A stretch of 64,000 nucleotides of DNA, from NCBI RefSeq assembly GCF_030384885.1, contig NZ_CP128613.1; one strand, given 5' to 3'. The number at the start of each line of letters is the position of its first letter. Position 1 is the stretch's first letter. Below are positions 10,687-20,533 of the stretch, one piece after another. The notes beneath the pieces were generated by a model. The model had not been told where the DNA came from. It searched no databases and worked only from the letters and a program-made list of their open reading frames with translations. The DNA comes from Escherichia coli. GTDB taxonomy: Bacteria > Pseudomonadota > Gammaproteobacteria > Enterobacterales > Enterobacteriaceae. A program made the position numbers and the translations under genes.

Positions 10687-11721
10687 ATGAAAATTCGCAT
10701 AATGTTATTTATATTAATTATGATGGTAATGCCTGTGAGTTATGCAGCATGTTATGGAGAGTTATCTGCCCAGCATAATTTTGCTGTTCAGGGGGATTTT
10801 GCACTGACTCAAACACAAACGGCAACATATGAGCATAATTTTAATGATTCGTCATGCGTGAGTACAAATACTATCACCCCTATGAGCCCGTCGGATATTA
10901 TTGTTGGACTTTATAACGATACCATTAAATTAAATTTACATTTTGAATGGACCAATAAAAACAACATCACGTTGTCAAATAATCAGACCAGTTTCACCAA
11001 TGGTTATTCGGTAACGGTGACACCTGCGGCCAGTAATGCAAAAGTGAATGTTTCTGCGGGGGGCGGCGGTTCAGTGATGATTAATGGTGTTGCGACATTA
11101 TCCAGTGCTTCATCATCGACACGCGGGAGTGCTGCAGTACAATTTTTACTGTGTTTATTCGGTGGCAAGTCATGGGATGCATGTGTAAATAGCTACAGAA
11201 ATGCATTGGCACAAAATGCAGGTGTCTATTCCTTTAATCTGACATTGTCATACAACCCGATAACCACAACCTGCAAACCGGACGATTTATTAATTACTTT
11301 AGAGAGTATTCCCGTTTCACAATTACCAGCTACAGGTAACAAAGCAACAATAAATAGTAACAAAGGGGATATTGTTCTGCGTTGTAAAAACTTATTAGGT
11401 CAACAAAATCAAACATCACGGAAAATGCAGGTGTATTTATCAAGTTCTGACTTGTTAACCAACAGCAACACAATACTGAAAGGTGCGGAAGATAATGGCG
11501 TAGGATTTATTCTTGAAAGTAATGGTTCTCCAGTCACACTTTTAAATATCACTAACAGCAGTAAAGAATACACAAATTTAAAAGAAATTGCGGCAAAGTC
11601 AAAACTTACAGATACAACGGTTTCAATTCCGATAACTGCCAGTTACTACGTCTACGATACAAATAAAATTAAATCTGGCGCACTGGAGGCAACCGCATTA
11701 ATCAACGTGAAATACGACTAA
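10687..11721 (+). CDS. yehA: fimbrial adhesin-like protein
   Basis: 344 aa with signal peptide; last gene of the chaperone-usher operon. Confidence 0.8.
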   Translation: MKIRIMLFILIMMVMPVSYAACYGELSAQHNFAVQGDFALTQTQTATYEHNFNDSSCVSTNTITPMSPSDIIVGLYNDTIKLNLHFEWTNKNNITLSNNQTSFTNGYSVTVTPAASNAKVNVSAGGGGSVMINGVATLSSASSSTRGSAAVQFLLCLFGGKSWDACVNSYRNALAQNAGVYSFNLTLSYNPITTTCKPDDLLITLESIPVSQLPATGNKATINSNKGDIVLRCKNLLGQQNQTSRKMQVYLSSSDLLTNSNTILKGAEDNGVGFILESNGSPVTLLNITNSSKEYTNLKEIAAKSKLTDTTVSIPITASYYVYDTNKIKSGALEATALINVKYD

Positions 11722-11778
11722 TAACAAGCAAGACGAGCAAGTGGCTAATAATAAAAAATAACAAGGTGTCTGCATTTC

Positions 11779-11805
11779 CACCTCATGATGAGGGGGCTTT
11801 TTTTA
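11779..11805. terminator. putative bidirectional terminator between yehA and rcnB
   Basis: Short palindrome cctca-tga-tgagg followed by gggcttttttt, between convergent genes. Confidence 0.4.
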
Positions 11806-12141
11806 GCGATGATAAAAAATCTCACCATCGTAGGCTTTAATGATTTTACCGTCGGTGTCGCTGATCAACACGTACGCGCCACCCATATAGGTCCAGTGCG
11901 TCCCGGCATCAGGCGCGGGCAGGTTACGTAACTGCCACTGCTTAATGTTGTACTCATCGGTGCGGTACATCTCTGGGACGGTATCGCCTGGTTTGAAATG
12001 CTTAAAGTCAGCAATGAAACTGCTTAACTCATACTTAGAAATTCCCGAGGTATTGGTCGAACCCGCGGTGGCTGGTGCGGCCCAGGCGGCACTGGTAACC
12101 AGCAAAAGCACACCCAGCAACATCTTATTTTTAATGGTCAT
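11803..12141 (-). CDS. rcnB: periplasmic nickel/cobalt homeostasis protein RcnB (YohN)
   Basis: Track ORF 11803..12321; start moved to internal MTIKNKMLLGVLLLVTSAAWA (signal peptide), giving 112 aa. Confidence 0.8.
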   Translation of the reverse strand: MTIKNKMLLGVLLLVTSAAWAAPATAGSTNTSGISKYELSSFIADFKHFKPGDTVPEMYRTDEYNIKQWQLRNLPAPDAGTHWTYMGGAYVLISDTDGKIIKAYDGEIFYHR

Positions 12142-12359
12142 AAACTCTCCACTTTGGGGATCTGTAATATCAGTCGCATATCTTTCCTGCCATACAATAT
12201 AACTGACAAGCGATATTTTGTTAGTGATCCCATGATTTCGTAAAAAGTGTAAATGAAAGGATGCCCTAAAAGCATCCTTAGCGAGCAGAGAGCCAGCGGA
12301 AATAGCTGATTTAAGAATCATCCTGGGCTGAAGATAACATGCAAGCCTAAAGGATTGAG

Positions 12360-13181
12360 TTATCGTATTATGCCCATAAAGCCATGTACGCCCATATACA
12401 CACCAACTAAGCCAATCAACAGACTGGAAAAATAGGGGGCGCGTTTAGCGAGAGTGTTAAATCCGCTCCAGCGTTTTGCGACCTGCTGAACGCTGATTGC
12501 TGCGCCAATGCCTACGGTGACCAGCGTTAACGCAAGGCCAATGCTGAAACTGACGACCAGTGTTGCGCCCAGTGTCAGGGCTTTCAACTGAATGCAAATC
12601 AACAGCACGGTAATTGCTGCCGGGCAGGGGATAAGGCCACCGGTTAAGCCAAATAACAAAATTTGCCAGTTGGTGACCTCTCTACCATCGAAGCGTCGTT
12701 TAATGTCATTGGCATGGGCTCGTGCATGAGCATCCTGATACTCCCCATGTTCGTGATGGTGATGATGTCCATGGTCGTGGTGATCTTCGTGATCGTGATG
12801 ATACTCATGATCATGCCCGTGCATATTCTCCAGCCAGTTGCGTTCGCCGCGCCAGGTACGCCAGAACATCCAGAACGCGGTGCCAATAATGATCACCGCG
12901 GAAATCAACTGGAGCCACGGTTCTGCAGATTGAGCAGTAAAACGTTTGCTGATCACCATCCCGCCAAAGGCAATCAACCAGACCACCGCGGTATGCGAAA
13001 TGGTTGCTGCCAGTCCGAGCATCACCGCCTGTTTAATGGTGCCTTTGATGGCGATGATAAACGCCGCCATCATCGTTTTTGAGTGCCCTGGTTCCAGGCC
13101 ATGAAGCGCACCAAGTAAGATGGCGCTGGGGATGAAGAACCAGGCATTTCCTTGCTGAAGAAGAGTGGTAAATTCGGTCAT
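12360..13181 (-). CDS. rcnA: nickel/cobalt efflux transporter RcnA
   Basis: 273-aa membrane protein with a His-rich loop (HGHDHEYHHDHEDHHDHGHHHHHEHGEY). Confidence 0.9.
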   Translation of the reverse strand: MTEFTTLLQQGNAWFFIPSAILLGALHGLEPGHSKTMMAAFIIAIKGTIKQAVMLGLAATISHTAVVWLIAFGGMVISKRFTAQSAEPWLQLISAVIIIGTAFWMFWRTWRGERNWLENMHGHDHEYHHDHEDHHDHGHHHHHEHGEYQDAHARAHANDIKRRFDGREVTNWQILLFGLTGGLIPCPAAITVLLICIQLKALTLGATLVVSFSIGLALTLVTVGIGAAISVQQVAKRWSGFNTLAKRAPYFSSLLIGLVGVYMGVHGFMGIIR

Positions 13182-13218
13182 GATAATAATTCTTAGTATT
13201 AATTCGGCAATCCGATTC

Positions 13219-13253
13219 TACTCCCCCCCAGTACCTGATACTACCCCCCAGTA
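13219..13253. promoter_or_regulatory. two RcnR operator sites in the rcnR-rcnA divergent promoter
   Basis: Directly seen: TACT-C7-AGTA at 13219..13233 and TACT-A-C6-AGTA at 13239..13253, matching the TACT-G6-N-AGTA operator on the other strand. Confidence 0.8.
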
Positions 13254-13301
13254 GAATAATAGTGCTATGATTTTTCATGTTCTTGTTAACCAGGTGTTGC
13301 C

Positions 13302-13574
13302 ATGTCTCATACAATCCGTGATAAACAGAAACTGAAAGCGCGTGCCAGTAAGATTCAGGGTCAGGTCGTGGCGCTCAAGAAAATGCTCGACGAGCCGCAC
13401 GAATGCGCAGCTGTTCTACAACAGATTGCTGCTATCCGTGGCGCGGTAAACGGCCTGATGCGCGAAGTGATTAAGGGGCATCTGACGGAACACATCGTTC
13501 ACCAGGGGGATGAGCTAAAACGTGAAGAAGATCTGGATGTCGTTCTGAAGGTGTTGGATTCATATATCAAATAA
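13302..13574 (+). CDS. rcnR: Ni/Co-responsive repressor RcnR (CsoR/RcnR family)
   Basis: 90 aa; divergent from rcnA; operator sites in the shared intergenic region. Confidence 0.9.
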
Positions 13575-13664
13575 TTTCACAACGTTATTGTAATCCCGCC
13601 GTTTTTCCTCGTTTACAACGTGTGCGCGGGACATTACCATCCATCTCTGCGATTCATCATCGCA

Positions 13665-13790
13665 ACCAAACGACTCGGGGTGCCCTTCTGCGTGAAGGCT
13701 GAGAAATACCCGTATCACCTGATCTGGATAATGCCAGCGTAGGGAAGTCACAGACCACCAGGTCATTGCTTCTTCACGTTATGGCAGGAG
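13665..13790 (+). ncRNA. TPP (thi-box) riboswitch in the thiM 5' leader
   Basis: Leader contains GGGGUGCCCUUCUGCGUGAAGGCUGAGAAAUACCCGUAUCACCUGAUCUGGAUAAUGCCAGCGUAGGGAAGUC immediately upstream of the thiM RBS/ATG; matches the classic thiM aptamer I recall. Confidence 0.88.
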
Positions 13791-13796
13791 CAAACT

Positions 13797-14585
13797 ATGC
13801 AAGTCGACCTGCTGAGTTCCGCGCAATCAGCGCACGCGTTAAACCTCTTTTACCAACACTCTCCTCTTGTGCATTGCATGACCAATGATGTGGTGCAAAC
13901 CTTTACTGCCAATACTTTACTGGTGCTCGGTGCATCGCCAGCGATGGTTATCGAAGCAGAAGAGGCCAGTCAGTTTGCGGCTATCGCCAGTGCCTTGCTA
14001 ATTAACGTCGGCACGCTGACGCAGCCACGCGCACAGGCAATGCGTGCTGCCGTTGAACAGGCAACACACTCCCAAACGCCCTGGACGCTTGATCCGGTCG
14101 CGGTTGGCGCACTCGATTATCGTCGCCATTTTTGTCATGAACTTTTATCTTTTAAACCGGCAGCGATACGTGGTAATGCTTCGGAAATCATGGCATTAGC
14201 TGGCGTTGCTAATGGTGGACGGGGAGTGGACACCACTGACGCCGCGGCTAACGCGATACCTGCTGCACAAACACTGGCACGGGAAACTGGCGCAATCGTC
14301 GTGGTCACTGGCGAGGTGGATTATATTACCGATGGTCGTCGCACCGTTGGCATTCACGGCGGCGATCCGTTAATGACCAAAGTGGTAGGAACTGGCTGTG
14401 CATTATCGGCGGTTGTCGCTGCCTGTTGTGCGTTACCAGGTGATACGCTGGAAAATGTCGCATCTGCCTGTCACTGGATGAAACAAGCCGGAGAACGCGC
14501 CGTCGCCAGAAGTGAAGGGCCTGGCAGTTTTGTTCCCCATTTTCTTGATGCGCTCTGGCAATTGACGCAGGAGGTGCAGGCATGA
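13797..14585 (+). CDS. thiM: hydroxyethylthiazole kinase
   Basis: 262 aa; preceded by the TPP riboswitch; overlaps thiD start by 4 nt. Confidence 0.92.
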   Translation: MQVDLLSSAQSAHALNLFYQHSPLVHCMTNDVVQTFTANTLLVLGASPAMVIEAEEASQFAAIASALLINVGTLTQPRAQAMRAAVEQATHSQTPWTLDPVAVGALDYRRHFCHELLSFKPAAIRGNASEIMALAGVANGGRGVDTTDAAANAIPAAQTLARETGAIVVVTGEVDYITDGRRTVGIHGGDPLMTKVVGTGCALSAVVAACCALPGDTLENVASACHWMKQAGERAVARSEGPGSFVPHFLDALWQLTQEVQA

Positions 14586-15382
14586 AACGAATTAACGCTC
14601 TGACGATTGCCGGTACTGATCCGAGCGGTGGCGCAGGGATTCAGGCCGATCTTAAAACCTTCTCGGCACTTGGCGCTTATGGTTGCTCAGTTATTACTGC
14701 ACTGGTGGCGCAAAATACCCGTGGCGTACAGTCGGTGTATCGCATTGAGCCTGATTTTGTCGCCGCCCAGCTCGATTCGGTGTTCACTGATGTGCGAATC
14801 GACACCACTAAAATCGGTATGTTGGCGGAAACCGATATTGTTGAAGCGGTGGCAGAACGGTTGCAACGTTATCAGATCCAAAACGTGGTACTCGACACCG
14901 TTATGCTGGCAAAAAGCGGCGACCCTCTGCTTTCACCTTCGGCGGTTGCCACGCTGCGCAGTCGATTATTGCCACAGGTTTCATTAATAACGCCAAACTT
15001 GCCCGAAGCTGCCGCCTTGCTCGACGCGCCACACGCGCGCAACGAACAGGAAATGCTGGAACAAGGGCGATCGCTGTTGGCGATGGGTTGTGGCGCAGTG
15101 CTAATGAAAGGTGGTCATCTGGATGATGAGCAAAGCCCGGACTGGCTGTTTACCCGAGAGGGGGAACAACGGTTTACTGCACCGCGCATTATGACCAAAA
15201 ACACCCACGGCACTGGTTGTACGCTCTCTGCGGCGTTGGCTGCACTACGCCCGCGCCATACAAACTGGGCTGACACCGTACAGGAGGCAAAAAGCTGGCT
15301 TTCATCGGCGTTAGCCCAGGCCGACACGCTGGAAGTTGGCGACGGTATTGGTCCGGTTCACCACTTCCACGCCTGGTGGTGA
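14582..15382 (+). CDS. thiD: hydroxymethylpyrimidine / phosphomethylpyrimidine kinase
   Basis: 266 aa, ribokinase-like fold; translationally coupled to thiM. Confidence 0.92.
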   Translation: MKRINALTIAGTDPSGGAGIQADLKTFSALGAYGCSVITALVAQNTRGVQSVYRIEPDFVAAQLDSVFTDVRIDTTKIGMLAETDIVEAVAERLQRYQIQNVVLDTVMLAKSGDPLLSPSAVATLRSRLLPQVSLITPNLPEAAALLDAPHARNEQEMLEQGRSLLAMGCGAVLMKGGHLDDEQSPDWLFTREGEQRFTAPRIMTKNTHGTGCTLSAALAALRPRHTNWADTVQEAKSWLSSALAQADTLEVGDGIGPVHHFHAWW

Positions 15383-15437
15383 GCACCGTACTATAGCTGC
15401 TTTGGTTATTGTCAGTCTTTGGCGCTGACATTCAGGG

Positions 15438-16265
15438 ATGAAACCAATGCAACTGAGAATCACCAGTCGAAAAAAATTCACCGCTTTATTATGCGCTCTG
15501 GGGCTCATTTCTATCGTTGCGATTTATCCGCGTCAGACGGTGAATTTTTTCTATTCGACAGCAATTCAGATTAAAGACTACATCCACTTCTACGGTTATC
15601 GCCCGGTCAAATCTTTTTCTATTCGCATTCCTGCCGCTTATACCATTCACGGAATAGATGTTTCGCGCTGGCAGGAGCGGATCGACTGGCAGCGGGTGGC
15701 TAAAATGCGCGATAACGGTATTCGCTTGCAATTTGCCTTTATCAAGGCGACGGAAGGCGAAAAGCTGGTGGATCCGTATTTTTCGCGTAACTGGCAACTA
15801 AGCCGCGAAAATGGCTTGCTGCGCGGGGCGTATCATTATTTCTCCCCGTCGGTATCCGCTTCAGTTCAGGCGCGATTATTTCTGCAAACGGTGGATTTCT
15901 CACAAGGCGATCTCCCTGCCGTGCTGGACGTAGAAGAACGGGGAAAATTATCGGCAAAAGAATTACGCAAGCGGGTAAGTCAGTGGCTAAAAATGGTCGA
16001 AAAACGCACGGGAAAAAAGCCGATTATTTACTCAGGAGCCGTTTTTTATCACACCAATCTGGCGGGCTATTTCAATGAATATCCGTGGTGGGTGGCTCAC
16101 TATTATCAACGTCGTCCGGACAATGACGGCATGGCCTGGCGCTTCTGGCAGCATTCCGACCGTGGACAGGTAGATGGCATTAATGGTCCGGTGGATTTTA
16201 ATGTGTTTAATGGCACGGTGGAGGAGTTGCAGGCATTCGTTGATGGGATTAAAGAAACGCCTTAA
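15438..16265 (+). CDS. yegX: predicted GH25-family lysozyme/muramidase-like exported protein
   Basis: 275-aa ORF with N-terminal hydrophobic segment; the true start may be the Met at 15447. Confidence 0.75.
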   Translation: MKPMQLRITSRKKFTALLCALGLISIVAIYPRQTVNFFYSTAIQIKDYIHFYGYRPVKSFSIRIPAAYTIHGIDVSRWQERIDWQRVAKMRDNGIRLQFAFIKATEGEKLVDPYFSRNWQLSRENGLLRGAYHYFSPSVSASVQARLFLQTVDFSQGDLPAVLDVEERGKLSAKELRKRVSQWLKMVEKRTGKKPIIYSGAVFYHTNLAGYFNEYPWWVAHYYQRRPDNDGMAWRFWQHSDRGQVDGINGPVDFNVFNGTVEELQAFVDGIKETP

Positions 16266-16316
16266 ATAAGAAGCAGTGATATACTCCCACCAGACTCCCT
16301 GGCAGGAAAAAGACAA

Positions 16317-17063
16317 ATGGAACAAGCGCATACCCAGCTGATTGCCCAACTGAACGAACGTATTTTAGCGGCGGATAACACGCCGCTTTATATTAAGTTT
16401 GCCGAAACGGTGAAAAATGCCGTGCGCAGCGGGGTGCTGGAACATGGCAATATTTTACCCGGCGAGCGCGATTTAAGTCAGTTAACTGGCGTTTCGCGCA
16501 TTACGGTGCGCAAGGCGATGCAGGCGCTGGAAGAAGAGGGGGTGGTGACGCGTTCGCGCGGTTATGGCACGCAGATCAACAACATCTTCGAATACTCGTT
16601 GAAAGAAGCGCGAGGTTTTTCTCAGCAGGTGGTATTGCGCGGGAAAAAGCCCGATACGCTATGGGTTAACAAGCGTGTCGTGAAATGTCCCGAAGAAGTC
16701 GCGCAGCAGCTGGCGGTCGAAGCGGGAAGTGATGTCTTTTTGCTTAAGCGTATTCGCTATGTCGATGAAGAAGCGGTATCGATTGAGGAATCGTGGGTTC
16801 CGGCGCATTTAATTCATGATGTTGATGCCATCGGAATTTCTCTTTATGACTACTTCCGCAGCCAGCACATTTACCCACAACGTACCCGTTCCCGCGTTAG
16901 CGCCCGGATGCCGGATGCCGAGTTTCAGTCACATATTCAATTAGATAGTAAAATACCGGTGCTGGTGATCAAGCAAGTGGCGCTTGACCAACAGCAACGG
17001 CCTATTGAGTACAGCATCAGCCACTGTCGCAGTGATCTATACGTTTTTGTGTGCGAGGAGTAG
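16317..17063 (+). CDS. yegW: GntR-family transcriptional regulator (HTH plus UTRA-like C-terminal domain)
   Basis: 248 aa; N-terminal winged-HTH region (GERDLSQLTGVSRITVRKAMQALEEEGVV). Confidence 0.85.
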   Translation: MEQAHTQLIAQLNERILAADNTPLYIKFAETVKNAVRSGVLEHGNILPGERDLSQLTGVSRITVRKAMQALEEEGVVTRSRGYGTQINNIFEYSLKEARGFSQQVVLRGKKPDTLWVNKRVVKCPEEVAQQLAVEAGSDVFLLKRIRYVDEEAVSIEESWVPAHLIHDVDAIGISLYDYFRSQHIYPQRTRSRVSARMPDAEFQSHIQLDSKIPVLVIKQVALDQQQRPIEYSISHCRSDLYVFVCEE

Positions 17064-18002
17064 TTCCTCGCGGGTTGGCGCGCAATCACCGCCGCGATGC
17101 CCGACAACCCACGACGCCACTGCATTGCCCAGCAATACGGCATCCGGCAGTGGCAGACCAGAGGCCAGCCCGGCAAGTACGCCACCGGCATGACTGTCGC
17201 CCGCCCCAATGGTGTCTACAACTTGCGTTGGAAATGCCGGAATGCAGCCAGAAGCGTCGTTGCTGAAATACCATGCGCCTTCTTTATCGAGACGAACGAT
17301 CAACGGCGCGGCAAATTTCTCCTGCCATTGCTTGCCAAGTGTTGTTATCTCTGCGGATAAAGCAAAACGTTCGGCGGCAATCTCAGCCTCCTGACGATTG
17401 AGTGACACTAAAGGTCGACAGGCCATGATCCGCGCCAGTAATGCGTCCGGGATATCGCCAATACGTGGGCCAAAATCGATAAACGGCGTCACGTCTTGCA
17501 GCTTTTCCAGCCATTCCACTAACAATTCGCCGCAGGGCGAGGCCAGTTGATAACCGGAAAAATAGAGCAGGCTGCCAGGCGCAACGGTTAATCGCGCCAA
17601 CCATTGGCGATTCCACTGATTTTCCACACCGCTGAATGACATAAAAGTGCGTTCGCCATCCGGCTCAACCAGCGCCAGACACCAGCCGTTATCACCTTCG
17701 GCGTTATCGATCTGGCTGATTAAGCCCTCTTTTGCCATCCGGTTGCGAATAATCTCCGCCCAAACCCCCTGACCGAGCGGCAAGGCATTACCCGCTTCGA
17801 TGCCGAGGCGCTTTAACGCCACGGCAATATTCAGTGCGCAGCCGCCAACGTTAACGCTCTGCTGTTTCAGTTCGATATCGCACCCACGCCAGGGGAGGGC
17901 ATAAGCGTCGGCGATCACGTCAATGACCGCCGCGCCGACGACCATCACCGGCTGACGCGTGGTTAATTCAGGCAGCAGCGTGTGTAATCGAGCGCCGCTC
18001 AT
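17037..18002 (-). CDS. yegV: PfkB/ribokinase-family sugar or nucleoside kinase
   Basis: 321 aa; GAGD motif near the C-terminus (DTIGAGDSHAGG); 3' end overlaps the yegW 3' end by 27 nt (convergent). Confidence 0.85.
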   Translation of the reverse strand: MSGARLHTLLPELTTRQPVMVVGAAVIDVIADAYALPWRGCDIELKQQSVNVGGCALNIAVALKRLGIEAGNALPLGQGVWAEIIRNRMAKEGLISQIDNAEGDNGWCLALVEPDGERTFMSFSGVENQWNRQWLARLTVAPGSLLYFSGYQLASPCGELLVEWLEKLQDVTPFIDFGPRIGDIPDALLARIMACRPLVSLNRQEAEIAAERFALSAEITTLGKQWQEKFAAPLIVRLDKEGAWYFSNDASGCIPAFPTQVVDTIGAGDSHAGGVLAGLASGLPLPDAVLLGNAVASWVVGHRGGDCAPTREELLLAHKNV

Positions 18003-19003
18003 ACCGCCTCCCGTTGTTGACGATACTTCGCCAGCGCTGTGGCATAGCGGTTGAAATCAAGCTGATTTACCGCATCCAGTTCCGCCTTTAACGCAGGATC
18101 GATAGCGTTAACGCCATGCAACGCGCCGCAAATTGCCGTCGCCATAGCACCGATGGTGTCTGTGTCGCCGCCAAGGTTAGCGCACAGGACGGCGCAACGG
18201 TTCGGGTCGGTTTGTGCCAGTTCAACCAGCGCAATGGCGCACGGAACGGACTCAATAGTGCTGGTACCTGCGCCAATGACCTGGTAAAGCTGTTCGCTGG
18301 CGGATTCGGTGCCGTCGGCATTGCGCACAATTTTCAGCGCAATCTCCAGGCGTGCCGCCAGTGAGGCGCTGAAGGTGGTGATGCGTTTTTGCTGTGCATG
18401 TCGCGCAATCGAGGGTAGAGAATCAACAATCGCTGACCAGCTTTCTCCGTCAATGGCACGGGAAATCGCCCATGCGATGACTACCGCACCTGCAACCGCC
18501 AGATCGGATTTATGGGTCGGGCTGGACGCCAGCGCCACATCATCAATAAAGGAATCAACATCGCGCGCCGGAAGCAAACAACCTAATGGCGAGACGCGCA
18601 TCGCTGCGCCGTTGGTCACGCCATTGTTTTCCAGTTCAGCAACGGGTTTACCGTCGCGAATGGCGTTGAGAGCAATCTTCGAGGTCGGACCTAGTACGTT
18701 TTTGTTAAAGGCGTCGAAACGCAGCGCCCAGTCGAGAATATTACGCCCAATCAGATCCGGATCGATCTCGCCTTCACGTTCCAGTAACGCATCCGCCAGA
18801 CACAGCGCCATTGAGGTATCGTCGGTGAATTCGGCGCGGTTAAAATAACAGGCCGCGTTATTCTCCTTTGGGCCAGGCAAAAAACGGTCAATCCAGCCAA
18901 AGTGTGCTTTAACGCGGCTGCGTGGCCAAAGCTCGGACGGCATCCCCATCGCATCCCCTAACGCCTGCCCGTAAAGAGCACCGAGAATACGTTCTGTTTT
19001 CAT
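17999..19003 (-). CDS. yegU: ADP-ribosylglycohydrolase-family protein
   Basis: 334 aa; 4-nt overlaps with yegV and yegT indicate an operon. Confidence 0.85.
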   Translation of the reverse strand: MKTERILGALYGQALGDAMGMPSELWPRSRVKAHFGWIDRFLPGPKENNAACYFNRAEFTDDTSMALCLADALLEREGEIDPDLIGRNILDWALRFDAFNKNVLGPTSKIALNAIRDGKPVAELENNGVTNGAAMRVSPLGCLLPARDVDSFIDDVALASSPTHKSDLAVAGAVVIAWAISRAIDGESWSAIVDSLPSIARHAQQKRITTFSASLAARLEIALKIVRNADGTESASEQLYQVIGAGTSTIESVPCAIALVELAQTDPNRCAVLCANLGGDTDTIGAMATAICGALHGVNAIDPALKAELDAVNQLDFNRYATALAKYRQQREAV

Positions 19004-20277
19004 TTAACTTCCCCTTGTGTCAACGCAATATCGCGATCATCGACCTTGATAGCCGTAATTTCGTTGTCGGATTCGCGGAAAAAAATCATGAACAGCACGG
19101 CGATAATGGCAATCATCACCGCGCCGAAAGTCCACATCCCGGACCAGTTGAAAGTCAGTCCGTTTACCGGTTCCGGATAAGCGAACATCTTTTCCATCAT
19201 CACACCGCCAAGACGATAGCCGAGCAAACTGCCGAATCCCTGGCAGCAGAGCGTGATCAGCCCCTGCGCAGCGGTACGCATATGCACGGGGGCTTTTTTA
19301 TCGACATAGATGTAAGCGGTAACGTAGTAAAAATCGTAACTTACTCCATGCAGCAAAATGCCGAGGAACAGTAACGCGTAGGTGAAATATTCATCCGCAC
19401 TACCGTAAATAAAGAAGCCATAGCGGATCGCAGCGGTGACCAGACCAAGTAATAATACCTTTTTGATACCAAAGCGTTTGGTAAAAAACGGCAATGCCAG
19501 CATAAAGAAGATTTCAGAGAACTGGCCGAGCGTCATCCAGCCGGTGGCATTTTTCATGCCGACTTCGGTCAGATAACCGTTGGCAAAGATGTAATAGAAC
19601 GCCAACGGCATCGCAAACAGGAATGAACAGAAGAAAAAGACGAGGAAGTTTTTATCGCGCAGCAGGATCAGCGCATCCAGTCCGAGCATGACTTTAATGT
19701 CCATTTTGCCGGTGCTTTTTGGCGGCGTGTCAGGCAGGAAAAACGCAAACACACCGAGCAGAGCAGAACTTCCGGCGGTAATCAGCAGCGGGATGTTAGT
19801 CGGAGAGATATCGGCATAACCCAGCATTTGCGGCAAGAATCCACATGCCAGACCGGAGGCAATCCAGCCGATAGTGCCCATCACACGAATGCGTGGGAAA
19901 TCACGCTCCACATCCGGCACGTTGGCAAAAGCGATACTGTTAGTCAGCGCAATGGTCGGCATATAGGTTAGCGAGTAGGCCAGCAGTAACGGGAAGAAGC
20001 CGGCAAAAGTGGTCTGTTGCGCAGCGAAATACATCAGCGCCGCACCAGCGAACATCAATACCGCCAGCACTTTCTGCGCCGAGAAAAAGCGGTCAGTGAT
20101 GGAGCCAACCAGAATTGGCGACAGGATCGCTGCAATGGCGGTACAGGCATACGACCAACCAATTTCTCCGGCACTAAAACCGCTTTTACTTAACCACAAC
20201 CACAATGGCACAAACCACGCGCCCCAGATAAACCATTCAACAAACATCATGAACGACAGCTTTGCTGTTGTTTTCAT
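19000..20277 (-). CDS. yegT: MFS nucleoside:H+ symporter-family transporter
   Basis: 425-aa polytopic membrane protein; first gene of yegTUV. Confidence 0.85.
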   Translation of the reverse strand: MKTTAKLSFMMFVEWFIWGAWFVPLWLWLSKSGFSAGEIGWSYACTAIAAILSPILVGSITDRFFSAQKVLAVLMFAGAALMYFAAQQTTFAGFFPLLLAYSLTYMPTIALTNSIAFANVPDVERDFPRIRVMGTIGWIASGLACGFLPQMLGYADISPTNIPLLITAGSSALLGVFAFFLPDTPPKSTGKMDIKVMLGLDALILLRDKNFLVFFFCSFLFAMPLAFYYIFANGYLTEVGMKNATGWMTLGQFSEIFFMLALPFFTKRFGIKKVLLLGLVTAAIRYGFFIYGSADEYFTYALLFLGILLHGVSYDFYYVTAYIYVDKKAPVHMRTAAQGLITLCCQGFGSLLGYRLGGVMMEKMFAYPEPVNGLTFNWSGMWTFGAVMIAIIAVLFMIFFRESDNEITAIKVDDRDIALTQGEVK

Positions 20278-20533
20278 CTTTTAATTCCTTCATGACAGGT
20301 AATGTAAGGTACGCGATGACAATACCATTTAATAATACCTTTTAAATACCTTTGTGGTGAAAAATTGACCGCGGTAACATTTTTTCTGATGAATCGAGCC
20401 AACAGAAAACGCTGAAAAAACATCCAAAAGATGGAAAAACTCGCCTGTAACGACCAGGATTATGATTGCCCGCAAAAGGCGGGCCAGGACAATCCATAGC
20501 CGATATCCAATCGGAATTTACGGGAGCATAGTA

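Noticed and set aside
16937-17394. Cluster of small overlapping ORFs on both strands (62-90 aa)
   Set aside because: All fall within the yegW 3' end or the yegV coding region in other frames; GC-rich shadow ORFs.
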